From a virus: DNA of 64,000 nt. Position numbers and translations under genes: made by a program. Shown one piece after another: positions 1 through 8,981 of this stretch (the stretch's first letter is position 1; each line of letters starts with the position of its first letter). The notes beneath the pieces were generated by a model. That model was not told where the DNA came from, did no database searches, and was given only the letters and a program-made list of their open reading frames with translations. Where the stretch lies: positions 1 through 64,000 of the IMG/VR virus record IMGVR_UViG_3300047548_001372; one strand, written 5' to 3'.

Positions 1-291
1 TTGTAATAGCGTTGTTCTTTTCTTTGTATGAATGTATAAATAACGTAGTGTAATTTTATTGTTACCTTACCCCCGCAAGGTGTAATCTGGAATTGCGGAT
101 AGATCACACACGCTACAATACCTCTGTGGCTTTACAGGAGCCATTTTCAGGCATTGTAGATCGATTCTGGTGTAATATGACCTGAAACGATTTTCAGAGC
201 CTTAAAATCGATTTTAGCCTATAAAAGTATTTTATGGATTAAATATGCTTTTCAGGATATTGCAATACAGTTATAGAATTGTTTATCAAAA

Positions 292-328
292 CAAAAAAAA
301 GAAGCTATCAGGATTTTCCTGATAGCTT
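292..328 (-). terminator. Rho-independent terminator ending the leftward early transcript
   Basis: aagctatcagga/tcctgatagctt hairpin preceded by an A-run on + (U-tail on -). Confidence 0.75.
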
Positions 329-440
329 GCGCGGGAATTATAAAATCTATACGATAAAAATCCTGAAAATAGAATTATAAGTAAAAATGCTATCGTATAG
401 GTTTTATCCTACCTAATGTATTTATATTTATACTTCTAGT

Positions 441-953
441 TTATACTTCTAGCGCGCTAAACTTTAGGAAAGCATAAAGCTTTCCATCCTGTAAATGAAA
501 ACCGTTATACAATGCGTTGATGTGATCAGCTTCCCGCAATGCCATATTGTGCTGATGTGCTAAACGCTCTGTCAAGTATGTGTTATCAATATACTCCTTT
601 TCTAAGAACGTATATACTACCCACGCCATCACGTGTCCCAAACCTGTCCATCGATATGATACCATGTTGTGAGAAAACACGGTATATTGTACATTGTTTA
701 GGTATTGCTTCACACCATGCAAGCCCCTTTGCTCGTAAGCAAGATTCAATTCAACTTTGTTATAGTTTGTGTGGTATTGTAGCATACTGTATCCCAGCTT
801 GTAATCAACACAGGATGCAACATAGTAATGCACAGTATCAAGCTCTTCTACCAATTCACAATACTTTACAAAATCCATACGATCGCTATAGTACAGAGTG
901 TCAAGCGCCTTGAAATATGCTTGCTGTGCGATCTTAGCGTTCGTGGTTGTCAT
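441..953 (-). CDS. early protein, paralogue family A
   Basis: 170 aa with its own promoter; shares YHTN...L..vQYTVF.....RW.g..h.m motif with 3178, 3831, 12487, 13022. Confidence 0.8.
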   Translation of the reverse strand: MTTTNAKIAQQAYFKALDTLYYSDRMDFVKYCELVEELDTVHYYVASCVDYKLGYSMLQYHTNYNKVELNLAYEQRGLHGVKQYLNNVQYTVFSHNMVSYRWTGLGHVMAWVVYTFLEKEYIDNTYLTERLAHQHNMALREADHINALYNGFHLQDGKLYAFLKFSALEV

Positions 954-990
954 GGTTGTTTTACTTTCCTTGTTAACTGATTACTTTGGT

Positions 991-1057
991 ATTATATCAC
1001 TTGCCGCGCACGATGTCAAGAGCTTTGTGTTAGAGAAGCATTAACATCGTGCGCGGG
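991..1057 (-). promoter_or_regulatory. early promoter cassette copy 1
   Basis: TTGACA(1019-1014)-17-TATAAT(996-991); arms ccgcgcacgatgt/acatcgtgcgcgg. Confidence 0.9.
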
Positions 1058-1063
1058 AATAGC

Positions 1064-1408
1064 CTACCATAGATCTACAGACACATCCCAATTCTTAGGA
1101 AAGAACTGATCTACAAACACTCCTACAGACCTAACATCATCTTGCGTAACAGTACTACGCTCTGTAAGAGCTTCACTATTTACAAAGACTCTGTTATTAA
1201 AACTATCAAAAACTACATTACAGTTACAGACATTGCCTACAATCTCAAAATCTAAACACGCATCATCATTATCCATACCCTGCATGAAAACGCTTACCAG
1301 AATATCATTATGAATAAACCAAAGCCTACCATGCAAATCGTTTACCAAATCGCCTAGAAACGTCGTGTTGTTCTTGAGGATGTTACGAACTGAGGTAACG
1401 TTGTTCAT
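1064..1408 (-). CDS. hypothetical early protein
   Basis: 114 aa between cassette copies; AGAAAG RBS. Confidence 0.75.
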   Translation of the reverse strand: MNNVTSVRNILKNNTTFLGDLVNDLHGRLWFIHNDILVSVFMQGMDNDDACLDFEIVGNVCNCNVVFDSFNNRVFVNSEALTERSTVTQDDVRSVGVFVDQFFPKNWDVSVDLW

Positions 1409-1450
1409 TGTGGTTTATTCTTTCTTACTAACTTGCTTGATTACACCAGC

Positions 1451-1517
1451 ATTATACCACAGCCCGCACATCCTGTCAAGAGCTTTCTGTTAGATAAGTG
1501 TTAACAGGATGCGCGGG
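1451..1517 (-). promoter_or_regulatory. early promoter cassette copy 2
   Basis: TTGACA-17-TATAAT, box and inverted repeat. Confidence 0.9.
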
Positions 1518-1528
1518 AATATCTAATA

Positions 1529-1987
1529 CTACTTTACAAAAATTGTCTTAAGTGTTTCAAATAACTCATTTGCAACACTATTTGAAAAATCAATACGCAA
1601 TTCAGCAAATCCTAGTTGCTTTTTTCCAAAATCTGGTACCTTTACCGCATACCGTACCATAAAATAAAATGGTACACTGTTATTACTTAGCTGCGAATTA
1701 TTTACTACTATTTTTAGATAAGGGCTATTGTTGCGCCTATACCAATGATCATAGTACGTGTTATTACTATCTGTAGTGGTAAACCCGTGCCGATCATCAT
1801 CATCAAGCACATACGTATGCAAGTTGTGCGTGCACCGATCTACAGACACATTTACAATACTATCATCACGCTTTACACCGTAAAGCATAAACTTGGTTGG
1901 AGTAATTACAAACTTAGCAGGATTTGTAATTACATAATATACATAGCTTTTCACATACGACGTAGTACCATCGAATTGGGTTTTCAT
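1529..1987 (-). CDS. early protein, paralogue family B
   Basis: likely start MKTQF (the track's start lies inside the promoter); PAKFvITP..F...DsIVNvSVDR.TH shared with 8982..9458. Confidence 0.8.
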   Translation of the reverse strand: MKTQFDGTTSYVKSYVYYVITNPAKFVITPTKFMLYGVKRDDSIVNVSVDRCTHNLHTYVLDDDDRHGFTTTDSNNTYYDHWYRRNNSPYLKIVVNNSQLSNNSVPFYFMVRYAVKVPDFGKKQLGFAELRIDFSNSVANELFETLKTIFVK

Positions 1988-2023
1988 TACTTTTTCTCTA
2001 TCTACTTGCTTGACTACACTGGT

Positions 2024-2090
2024 ATTATACCACTTGCCGCGCATCCTGTCAAGAGCTTTTTGTTAGAAGATCGTTAGCAGGATGCGCGGC
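2024..2090 (-). promoter_or_regulatory. early promoter cassette copy 3
   Basis: TTGACA-17-TATAAT, box and inverted repeat. Confidence 0.9.
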
Positions 2091-2095
2091 TAATG

Positions 2096-2365
2096 TTATT
2101 GCATATGACTAATGATAAAATCGTTAAACCAGCTCTTGGTATACTCCTTTACCTCACTACCATTATATACAATAGTAATCAAATCATCACTATAAAAATC
2201 TGTACCCCATGGTACAACTGCATGTAGTTTGAATTGCATATTTGTTTTACAATAACTCCCTAGCACACACTCACCATGATGCTCAAACGCAAACCAACAA
2301 GTGTTGTCATTATTGAAAACTACGTGCATACCAAAATCTTTTAGTGTTGTTGTTACTTCTGACAT
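2096..2365 (-). CDS. hypothetical early protein
   Basis: 89 aa with its own promoter and RBS. Confidence 0.75.
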   Translation of the reverse strand: MSEVTTTLKDFGMHVVFNNDNTCWFAFEHHGECVLGSYCKTNMQFKLHAVVPWGTDFYSDDLITIVYNGSEVKEYTKSWFNDFIISHMQ

Positions 2366-2402
2366 TGTCTGTTTCTTTCTAGCTAGCTTCGATTACATTT
2401 GT

Positions 2403-2467
2403 ATTATACCACTTGCCGCGCATCCTGTCAAGAGCTTTTTGTTAGAAAAGTGTTAACATCGTGCGCG
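2403..2467 (-). promoter_or_regulatory. early promoter cassette copy 4 (mismatched, chimeric arms)
   Basis: left arm ccgcgcatcctgt, right arm acatcgtgcgcg. Confidence 0.9.
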
Positions 2468-2498
2468 AGAATAGTTAATTACTCTTTTACATAAAATA

Positions 2499-2744
2499 TC
2501 ATGTGCGGGGGTTTTGGTCTAATAGCCGTGCCACCATCACATACCGCGCATAGAACGCAGTATGCACGCACAGATCATCTAATGCGTGTAAAACGTTATT
2601 ATGTTCTGATTCTGGAATTAAAGCCAGAATAGATTTTACTACATTTTCCACATACTCCTTGTCACCTTCAGAAACAGCACACATGTTCGCAAGGATTGAA
2701 CGATGGTGTGCTGGAGTTACGTTTGGATAAAGATTGTCAAACAT
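2499..2744 (-). CDS. hypothetical early protein
   Basis: 81 aa with its own promoter and RBS. Confidence 0.75.
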   Translation of the reverse strand: MFDNLYPNVTPAHHRSILANMCAVSEGDKEYVENVVKSILALIPESEHNNVLHALDDLCVHTAFYARYVMVARLLDQNPRT

Positions 2745-2782
2745 TGTGTTATCCTTCTTTCTATAACTTCGATTACACTAGT

Positions 2783-2837
2783 ATTATACCATACCCGCCC
2801 AACATTGTCTACTGGTTTTTGTTAGAGATGTGCTAAC
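2783..2837 (-). promoter_or_regulatory. early promoter cassette copy 5 (no outer arm)
   Basis: TAGACA-17-TATAAT; box TGTTAG-n5-TGCTAA overlaps the upstream gene's stop. Confidence 0.85.
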
Positions 2838-3054
2838 GAGTGTTATCTACCCAAATAGCACTAGTGTTGAGAATACGCTTTATATAGTTGTACGCATCCC
2901 AATCGCAAAACTCCCATTTACTCTCGTCGTTATACTTTTCTACCGATAAAATACCGTCGTATTTTCGTATATACACACGATATACATCATCCGGACTTGT
3001 TATTATTAACTCTTCTACACCATCTATACGAGAAACCAGAATAATTGTATACAT
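2833..3054 (-). CDS. hypothetical early protein
   Basis: likely start MYTII after AAGGAGG RBS. Confidence 0.75.
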   Translation of the reverse strand: MYTIILVSRIDGVEELIITSPDDVYRVYIRKYDGILSVEKYNDESKWEFCDWDAYNYIKRILNTSAIWVDNTR

Positions 3055-3090
3055 TGTTTTGCCCTCCTTGTTAACTCTGATTACACCAGT

Positions 3091-3156
3091 ATTATACCAC
3101 AGCCCGCGCATCCTGTCAATAGGTTTGTGTTAGAAAAGTGTTAACAGGATGCGCGG
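3091..3156 (-). promoter_or_regulatory. early promoter cassette copy 6
   Basis: TTGACA-17-TATAAT, box and inverted repeat. Confidence 0.9.
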
Positions 3157-3177
3157 CAATTATAAACACCTTAGAAA

Positions 3178-3729
3178 TTAGAAAATAGCTACCCTACTCT
3201 CTCTGGGAAAAGCATACAGCGTGTCATCTTTAATGTGAAACGATGTATACTTTTCTGTCAAAGCAGCGCCACTGTCAAGCGCCATTTTTAAGTTATGTTC
3301 CGCATAATTCTCAAAAACAAAATCATAGGTTGGATTCCTTTTGTAATCGCAATATTGCCATGTTATCCATTGGATAACATGATTTGCCGATGCCCATCGG
3401 CAAATCATAGATTCATTTGTAAAAACATAGAATTGCGTAGCTTTCAGGTAACTTTGCAAGCCATACACACCAGCTACTGCAAGCGCATGTTCCGCATCTG
3501 TACTGACAAAATTGGTATGGTATTTTGCGTACACTGCTACCATAGGGTGTGATTCTACAGAGTCTTTAATATACCAAAAAAGATCCTGTAATTGTGTTGC
3601 AATTTCTCTGTAATCATCCTGATCCATGTCAACAGCGTTTGTTAAATTGGCCAAACGAGGGGCATTAAACAGCCCCATAAGGCGCGTATAGGCATCTAGT
3701 GCTCGTGTGCCGCAATTTACTTCTGTCAT
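3178..3729 (-). CDS. early protein, paralogue family A
   Basis: likely start MTEVNCG; tandem duplicate of 3831..4424. Confidence 0.85.
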   Translation of the reverse strand: MTEVNCGTRALDAYTRLMGLFNAPRLANLTNAVDMDQDDYREIATQLQDLFWYIKDSVESHPMVAVYAKYHTNFVSTDAEHALAVAGVYGLQSYLKATQFYVFTNESMICRWASANHVIQWITWQYCDYKRNPTYDFVFENYAEHNLKMALDSGAALTEKYTSFHIKDDTLYAFPRESRVAIF

Positions 3730-3771
3730 TACTTTCCTCTCTCTCTCTCTCGTTAACTTGATTACACTGGT

Positions 3772-3827
3772 ATTATACCACTTCCCGCGCATCCTGTCAA
3801 GAGCTTTCTGTTAGAAAAGTGTTAACA
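3772..3827 (-). promoter_or_regulatory. early promoter cassette copy 7
   Basis: TTGACA-17-TATAAT and box; outer arm lost. Confidence 0.9.
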
Positions 3828-3830
3828 AAA

Positions 3831-4424
3831 TCACGGGTATATTACAACTATTTTAGAAAATGGTATTGATATAGGTACGATATTACTACGTGAAAAAGCA
3901 CACAGCACATTGTTATTAATGTGAAAAGAAGTATACTTTTTTGTCATGGAACTACCATCATCAAGTGCCATTTTGAAATTATCTTCTGCATAATTCTGAA
4001 AAGACGTATCATAAATTGGATTCTTTTTCCAATCGCAATATTGCCAAACAATCCAATTCATAATGTGATCTAATGATGCCCACCGACAAATAATAGACTT
4101 ATTTGTAAAAGTGTAAAATTGGCAAGCTTTCAAGTAAGTATGCAAACCATGCATACCTGCCAACTCACACGCATGTTCTGCATCAGCATATACAAAATTA
4201 GTATGATATCTCTCAACATCTTGATACGCCAGCATCATAGGATGCGTTTCTACAGATTCTTTGATATACCAGAAGAGATCTTTGAGCTGGGTAAAAATCT
4301 CTTTGTAATCATCCTGATCTATCTGATCCACGTTAGTAACATTTACCAAACGAGGGGCATTAAACAGCCCCACAAGGCGCGTATAGGCATCTAGCGCACG
4401 TGTCCCACAATTTACTTCTGTCAT
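3831..4424 (-). CDS. early protein, paralogue family A
   Basis: 197 aa; N-terminus MTEVNCGTRALDAYTRL identical to the neighbouring gene. Confidence 0.85.
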   Translation of the reverse strand: MTEVNCGTRALDAYTRLVGLFNAPRLVNVTNVDQIDQDDYKEIFTQLKDLFWYIKESVETHPMMLAYQDVERYHTNFVYADAEHACELAGMHGLHTYLKACQFYTFTNKSIICRWASLDHIMNWIVWQYCDWKKNPIYDTSFQNYAEDNFKMALDDGSSMTKKYTSFHINNNVLCAFSRSNIVPISIPFSKIVVIYP

Positions 4425-4460
4425 TTTTATCTCTTTCTTTCGCTAGCTTATTACACTAGT

Positions 4461-4526
4461 ATTATACCACTTACCGCGCACGATGTCAAGAGCTTTCTGT
4501 TAGAAAAGTGTTAACATCGTGCACGG
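4461..4526 (-). promoter_or_regulatory. early promoter cassette copy 8
   Basis: TTGACA-17-TATAAT; cacgat-type arms. Confidence 0.9.
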
Positions 4527-4539
4527 CAGGTGCTAGGAT

Positions 4540-4737
4540 TCACTCCATCACAGACTCATACATAGCTACCGCATCCAAATATTCACACGCAGTAATAAAA
4601 TCACGAACAGGGCGATATTCAAACGCATGTACCATACCATACACAGGATGCTCTTCTGATCGTACATACTTACCAATTCCTGGTAGTTCTAGCCGCTCAT
4701 CTGCTTGACGATCATGAAACCATACTAGAAACTTCAT
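4540..4737 (-). CDS. hypothetical early protein
   Basis: 65 aa; AAGAAAGGA RBS and its own promoter. Confidence 0.75.
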   Translation of the reverse strand: MKFLVWFHDRQADERLELPGIGKYVRSEEHPVYGMVHAFEYRPVRDFITACEYLDAVAMYESVME

Positions 4738-4765
4738 ACTTGTATCCTTTCTTGATTACACTAGC

Positions 4766-4831
4766 ATTATACCACGTGCCGCGCATCCTGTCAACTACTT
4801 TTTGTTAGAAGATCATTAACAGAATGCGCGG
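4766..4831 (-). promoter_or_regulatory. early promoter cassette copy 9
   Basis: TTGACA-17-TATAAT, box and inverted repeat. Confidence 0.9.
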
Positions 4832-4840
4832 TAAGAATTA

Positions 4841-5098
4841 TTACAAGTACATCTCAAAATCTTCGATAGCGATCAATCCCCGCTTCGAAGAGATCACGCG
4901 ATTCACGTGCGCAAGGAACTTCTTGGCGAACTTCTCATCAAAGAAGCTGATCCAATCGTTGGTAAGGGAGTCATGGCGGAAGTTGTAAATCTTCCCTCCC
5001 GGCTTCTTTTCCTGCATAACCTTGTAGGCTACGCCATCATACTCCACATAGTAGCTAACGTACGCACCGCCAATGTCCTGCATGAAGATGTTACGCAT
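4841..5098 (-). CDS. hypothetical early protein
   Basis: 85 aa; visibly higher GC than its neighbours. Confidence 0.75.
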   Translation of the reverse strand: MRNIFMQDIGGAYVSYYVEYDGVAYKVMQEKKPGGKIYNFRHDSLTNDWISFFDEKFAKKFLAHVNRVISSKRGLIAIEDFEMYL

Positions 5099-5135
5099 TG
5101 GGTTTTGCTTTCTAGTTAACTTCGATTACATTCGT

Positions 5136-5201
5136 ATTATAGCACAGCCGCGCATATTTGTCTACAGGTTTTTGTTAGAGAAGTGTTAACGTTATGCGCG
5201 G
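5136..5201 (-). promoter_or_regulatory. early promoter cassette copy 10
   Basis: TAGACA-17-TATAAT, box and inverted repeat. Confidence 0.85.
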
Positions 5202-5204
5202 GTA

Positions 5205-5591
5205 TTACATAACCTTCACATCAGGATTACACAAACCATTTATCCATAATCCCAATATCAAAGAGTCTGCAAAAGACAGCTCCACATGGCTATGCTCCAC
5301 ACCGCCAAACCTCACATACCAGACCGCTTTGTAATCTTCTGTATAATGTTTGAATTGTGCTATTAGTAAAGGATTCTCAACACTAAAGGCAGCGTTTGCA
5401 TAACTGTAATTAAATACATACGTTGGATTCTCTTCTGCATTTTTTAAGAACGAAGTTGCTTTACGGAAGCCATGCGCATGGAACATTTGAGCGTGTGCGT
5501 TTATACATACTGTCTTGTGATCCATGTATAACGACAGTAATGTTAAACTATCTTTACTATCGCCCTTGATAAAAATATGATCTCTTTCCAT
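5205..5591 (-). CDS. hypothetical early protein (possible distant family B member)
   Basis: 128 aa; C-terminal W.vr......v.lsF pattern. Confidence 0.7.
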   Translation of the reverse strand: MERDHIFIKGDSKDSLTLLSLYMDHKTVCINAHAQMFHAHGFRKATSFLKNAEENPTYVFNYSYANAAFSVENPLLIAQFKHYTEDYKAVWYVRFGGVEHSHVELSFADSLILGLWINGLCNPDVKVM

Positions 5592-5629
5592 AACCTTCGG
5601 CTCTTTCTATTTCAATTGATTACACAAGC

Positions 5630-5686
5630 ATCATACCATACTGAAAGCTACTCTGTCAACTAGTTTGTGTTAGAGAAACGTTAACA
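5630..5686 (-). promoter_or_regulatory. early promoter cassette copy 11 (no inverted repeat)
   Basis: TTGACA-18-TATGAT and box; upstream TAA stop lies in GTTAAC. Confidence 0.8.
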
Positions 5687-6058
5687 TACCTTCATCTTGA
5701 CAAGCTCTATCCCATTGTGGTATACTACGTAGGCTATACCTGCCTCATATATCAAATCATAACATGATTGACAAGGTTTTGATATTGTAGGTTTATTATT
5801 TCTATCTATTCTAGCGCTATAACATATAGTGTTTGTAATATCAGCCCGCGCACGTATGATAGCGCGTGCTTCGGCATGGATTGTACAAACACTTGATCTA
5901 TAACGCTGCTGCACAGGATGCGTGCGATAACAATTGCACGCAACAGAAAAGACACGCTTTCCAGAAGCTATAATACTACCGTGTTTATAATTACATTGCG
6001 ATAATTCCGCAACTTTGAGCGCTAGTTGAAAATTGGTATAATCTCTGTTAGTAAGCAT
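5681..6058 (-). CDS. cytidine/dCMP deaminase-family zinc protein
   Basis: HAE...PCxxC motifs (TIHAEARA, KPCQSC). Confidence 0.85.
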   Translation of the reverse strand: MLTNRDYTNFQLALKVAELSQCNYKHGSIIASGKRVFSVACNCYRTHPVQQRYRSSVCTIHAEARAIIRARADITNTICYSARIDRNNKPTISKPCQSCYDLIYEAGIAYVVYHNGIELVKMKVC

Positions 6059-6098
6059 AAAAAAAAAATAATCCCTATATGTTTGTATAGGGATTATT
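6058..6098 (-). terminator. Rho-independent terminator
   Basis: aataatccctata/tatagggattatt hairpin plus long A-run on +. Confidence 0.7.
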
Positions 6099-6105
6099 GT
6101 AAAAA

Positions 6106-6618
6106 CTACTTATCTACTGCTACGTAAAACTTTCCTACTTGCCCCAAATTTACTTCATAATTCCAAAACGTTTCACCATCATGCACCATTTCAATACTTG
6201 CTTTTACTTTACATCGTGTAGTGATAATTCCTCCAATCCGATACACTCCCACAGTACCAGTATGAACGCTACCATACAGTACCGAAGTATTACGCTGCAC
6301 AGCAGCATCATACTCTTCTTTTGTAATTTGCTTTTCTAAAAGCTGTTTGTCTAGCTTATTAGCCTCATACGTACTATTGTATTTGAAGACACGCAAATCT
6401 AAGGTGTCTTGCTTTTCGCCAAGATATTCAAAACCATCTTCGAATATCTGATTTAGATAAACTGTTGGCTTTTGTAGTTTCCACACAAGCCATCCTGTTT
6501 CACGATCTACAATATAATAATTTCCCTTCTGCTCTTTACCATCACACTTGATAATCAAAAACCGTGATAGAAAACTAGCCTTGCGATCCTTCTTAGCCTT
6601 TGCTGCTGCTGATGGCAT
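6106..6618 (-). CDS. hypothetical protein
   Basis: 170 aa with AAAGGA RBS. Confidence 0.75.
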   Translation of the reverse strand: MPSAAAKAKKDRKASFLSRFLIIKCDGKEQKGNYYIVDRETGWLVWKLQKPTVYLNQIFEDGFEYLGEKQDTLDLRVFKYNSTYEANKLDKQLLEKQITKEEYDAAVQRNTSVLYGSVHTGTVGVYRIGGIITTRCKVKASIEMVHDGETFWNYEVNLGQVGKFYVAVDK

Positions 6619-6750
6619 GAAACATTCCTTTGCTAAAAATCCTGAAAAGAGAATTGCTTACCTAGTTGCTTACCTTATGGTTTTATTATACCATACGTTG
6701 CGCGGGAATAGTGTTAGAGAAGTATTATACTTACCCCCGCGCAATATCAG

Positions 6751-6999
6751 TTACTTTGTTACAATATTAAACTCATAAATAGAATAGTCATCACGTAGAT
6801 CATCGATGTCCATAGAATATCCTAATGACTTACTGATATTCTTTAGCACATCATAGATCGTAGCTACACAACGATCGTATGTGAAGTTAGGGTTAGATGA
6901 CCAGTACAAGTTATCTGAACCTGGAGTATGATATAGCGCCATGTCATTGTCATACAATGATGCTAGCTTGCATCCTGAAATAAAAAACGTGTTATTCAT
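6751..6999 (-). CDS. hypothetical protein
   Basis: 82 aa; GAGGAG RBS. Confidence 0.7.
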   Translation of the reverse strand: MNNTFFISGCKLASLYDNDMALYHTPGSDNLYWSSNPNFTYDRCVATIYDVLKNISKSLGYSMDIDDLRDDYSIYEFNIVTK

Positions 7000-7002
7000 T
7001 AT

Positions 7003-7095
7003 TTACTCCTCAAAGCTCTTCATTACAAGCCAAAGCACATACAAAATCACCAGTGTACCAAGGATCACCATAATGCTGCTGCCTAATCCATCCAT
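7003..7095 (-). CDS. small membrane peptide (30 aa)
   Basis: MDGLGSSIMVILGTLVILYVLWLVMKSFEE read manually; AAGGAG RBS directly after promoter copy 12. Confidence 0.6.
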   Translation of the reverse strand: MDGLGSSIMVILGTLVILYVLWLVMKSFEE

Positions 7096-7127
7096 AGGTT
7101 TTTACTCCTTTGCTTGATTACGTTTGT

Positions 7128-7181
7128 ATTATACCACTTCCCGCGCATCCTGTCAAGAGCTTTGTGTTAGAAAAGTGTTAG
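7128..7181 (-). promoter_or_regulatory. early promoter cassette copy 12
   Basis: TTGACA-17-TATAAT and box. Confidence 0.9.
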
Positions 7182-7514
7182 CTATACCATATATACAATA
7201 TTTTTTGAAAATCCTACAATAGACAATTCAAAAACATCCTTGATTTTCTCAAAAATATTATTGCTACAATCACGAACTTCTACTTGTAGCGTGTCATTAT
7301 TAAACTGACAATACAAATCTACCAACACACTATCAATAACTATGTAGAAAATACACCCATCCTGAAACTTATAAGTAATTTTGTAATCAGGATCTACCCA
7401 AGGACTATTGTCATACATATATACATACTGATGCGTGGTGTGGTTTAGTGGTACCGTTTTTACAATAGTACCAATCTTTTCCAAACCGCTCTTAATACTA
7501 TCTGCTGCGTTCAT
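7182..7514 (-). CDS. hypothetical early protein
   Basis: 110 aa with its own promoter. Confidence 0.7.
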   Translation of the reverse strand: MNAADSIKSGLEKIGTIVKTVPLNHTTHQYVYMYDNSPWVDPDYKITYKFQDGCIFYIVIDSVLVDLYCQFNNDTLQVEVRDCSNNIFEKIKDVFELSIVGFSKNIVYMV

Positions 7515-7541
7515 AGTTTTTGTTTTCTTGATTACTCTGTC

Positions 7542-7610
7542 ATTATACCATTAGCCGCGCAAGATGTCAAGAGCTTTTTGTTAAAAACCCGTTAACACCT
7601 TGCGCGGCTA
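7542..7610 (-). promoter_or_regulatory. early promoter cassette copy 13
   Basis: TTGACA-17-TATAAT; arms tagccgcgcaag/cttgcgcggcta. Confidence 0.9.
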
Positions 7611-7615
7611 ATGTA

Positions 7616-8131
7616 TTACTTAATACAATTGATCCATCTACACTCATCAAATGTACTAGTGTTCTTAATAACTACACTCATATCAGCTTCACGAAACACA
7701 GACCTAGTAAACTCATTTTCCTCTAACTTCACGCTAAAAAACCATGGTGAAGTAATATCACATACAGTAAAATAATTGCGCAAGAATTGCGCATTTGTTA
7801 AGTTACACTGAAACAGATGTGCTCTGTTGAAAGAGCAGTTAATAAAGATACAATCACTAAACTCTACGTACCGTGCTTGCACAAAATCAAAATGACAGTT
7901 GACAAACACGGTACCAGAAAAACTGCTACCAGAAAAATCACTACCGTTGAAAGACGCCTTATTAAACACACACCCACGCATGTTATCCGGCATCCTACAT
8001 TCGTGAAACGCTACGCTTGTCGTAGTAAGGTTATCAAACGTTAGGCCGTAAAACGACACACCAAGAAACGTATCGTATGGAGTAGGATTGGTAAGGCTGT
8101 CAATCTGTGCACTGGTAGGGTTGGTAAGCAC
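7616..8131 (-). CDS. pentapeptide-repeat protein
   Basis: repeats ASFNG SDFSG SSFSG TVFVN CHFDF ... AHLFQ CNLTN AQFLR. Confidence 0.85.
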   Translation of the reverse strand: MLTNPTSAQIDSLTNPTPYDTFLGVSFYGLTFDNLTTTSVAFHECRMPDNMRGCVFNKASFNGSDFSGSSFSGTVFVNCHFDFVQARYVEFSDCIFINCSFNRAHLFQCNLTNAQFLRNYFTVCDITSPWFFSVKLEENEFTRSVFREADMSVVIKNTSTFDECRWINCIK

Positions 8132-8166
8132 TGTTTTTATTCTTTCTATTTTAGATTACTTTTAGA

Positions 8167-8361
8167 TTACTTTTCAAATCGATTGTTTAATGCTTGAGCT
8201 GTAGCAGCATACTCCGCCCTCGTGACGCATTTAGGATCTTTCCGACAAGCCTCTTCTACTTGCTGCTGTGTCATATTTCTGTGTGGCATATCAGCAGCAC
8301 CACATGCCAGAATAAACAGTAACATTCCGATTGACAGACCTACTACAATAATTCGCTTCAC
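8167..8361 (-). CDS. small lipoprotein
   Basis: signal peptide MKRIIVVGLSIGMLLFILA-C with lipobox-like ILAC. Confidence 0.65.
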   Translation of the reverse strand: MKRIIVVGLSIGMLLFILACGAADMPHRNMTQQQVEEACRKDPKCVTRAEYAATAQALNNRFEK

Positions 8362-8398
8362 GATTAGTTTACTTTCTAACTAACTTGATTACTCCACT

Positions 8399-8464
8399 AT
8401 TATACCATACCCGCCCAACGTTGTCTACTGGTTTTTGTTAGAAAAACGTTAACATTGGGCGGGT
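8399..8464 (-). promoter_or_regulatory. early promoter cassette copy 14
   Basis: TAGACA-17-TATAAT; variant arms cccgcccaa/ttgggcggg. Confidence 0.9.
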
Positions 8465-8475
8465 TTAGGGAAACG

Positions 8476-8862
8476 TTAGATCTGGTATACCTCTACACCA
8501 TTACAAATACTATTTAGCTTTTCCTTTAACTTTTGTAAACCACTTTCTGATAACGGATTACACTCTGCCCCTATTTGCAAACGTACGCTACCATCAGCAG
8601 TGTAAAAGTTATCTGTAGCGCTGTTATACATAATATCAATATCTATTTCACCATATACTGCAATGCTCATAATGTCTTCATCGAAACATGCACAGAGGAG
8701 TTTTTTACCAAACATAAAGTAAATCCATGTTTGATCATACTTATCCCATCGACCAAACCCTAACACTTTTACATTACGACGTGTGATAAACGGCTCAAAT
8801 GCTCTGATTACATCCTTGTTTTGCAAATTGTGAAGCATTGTCCTGTTATACGTGCTGCTCAT
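8476..8862 (-). CDS. hypothetical early protein
   Basis: 128 aa with its own promoter. Confidence 0.75.
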   Translation of the reverse strand: MSSTYNRTMLHNLQNKDVIRAFEPFITRRNVKVLGFGRWDKYDQTWIYFMFGKKLLCACFDEDIMSIAVYGEIDIDIMYNSATDNFYTADGSVRLQIGAECNPLSESGLQKLKEKLNSICNGVEVYQI

Positions 8863-8908
8863 TGTGTTGTTTCCTAGCTAACTAACTAACTAACTTGATT
8901 ACTTTGTT

Positions 8909-8974
8909 ATTATACCACAGCCCGCGCATCCTGTCAATAGGTTTTTGTTAGAACTTTGTTAACAGGATGCGCGG
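8909..8974 (-). promoter_or_regulatory. early promoter cassette copy 15
   Basis: TTGACA-17-TATAAT, box and inverted repeat. Confidence 0.9.
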
Positions 8975-8981
8975 CAATTAT

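Noticed and set aside
1988-3792. Shared N-terminal peptide MRGKWYNT in ORFs 1529, 2833 and 3178
   Set aside because: It is the translation of the promoter repeat (ATGCGCGG..TGGTATAAT); the real starts lie downstream after the RBS
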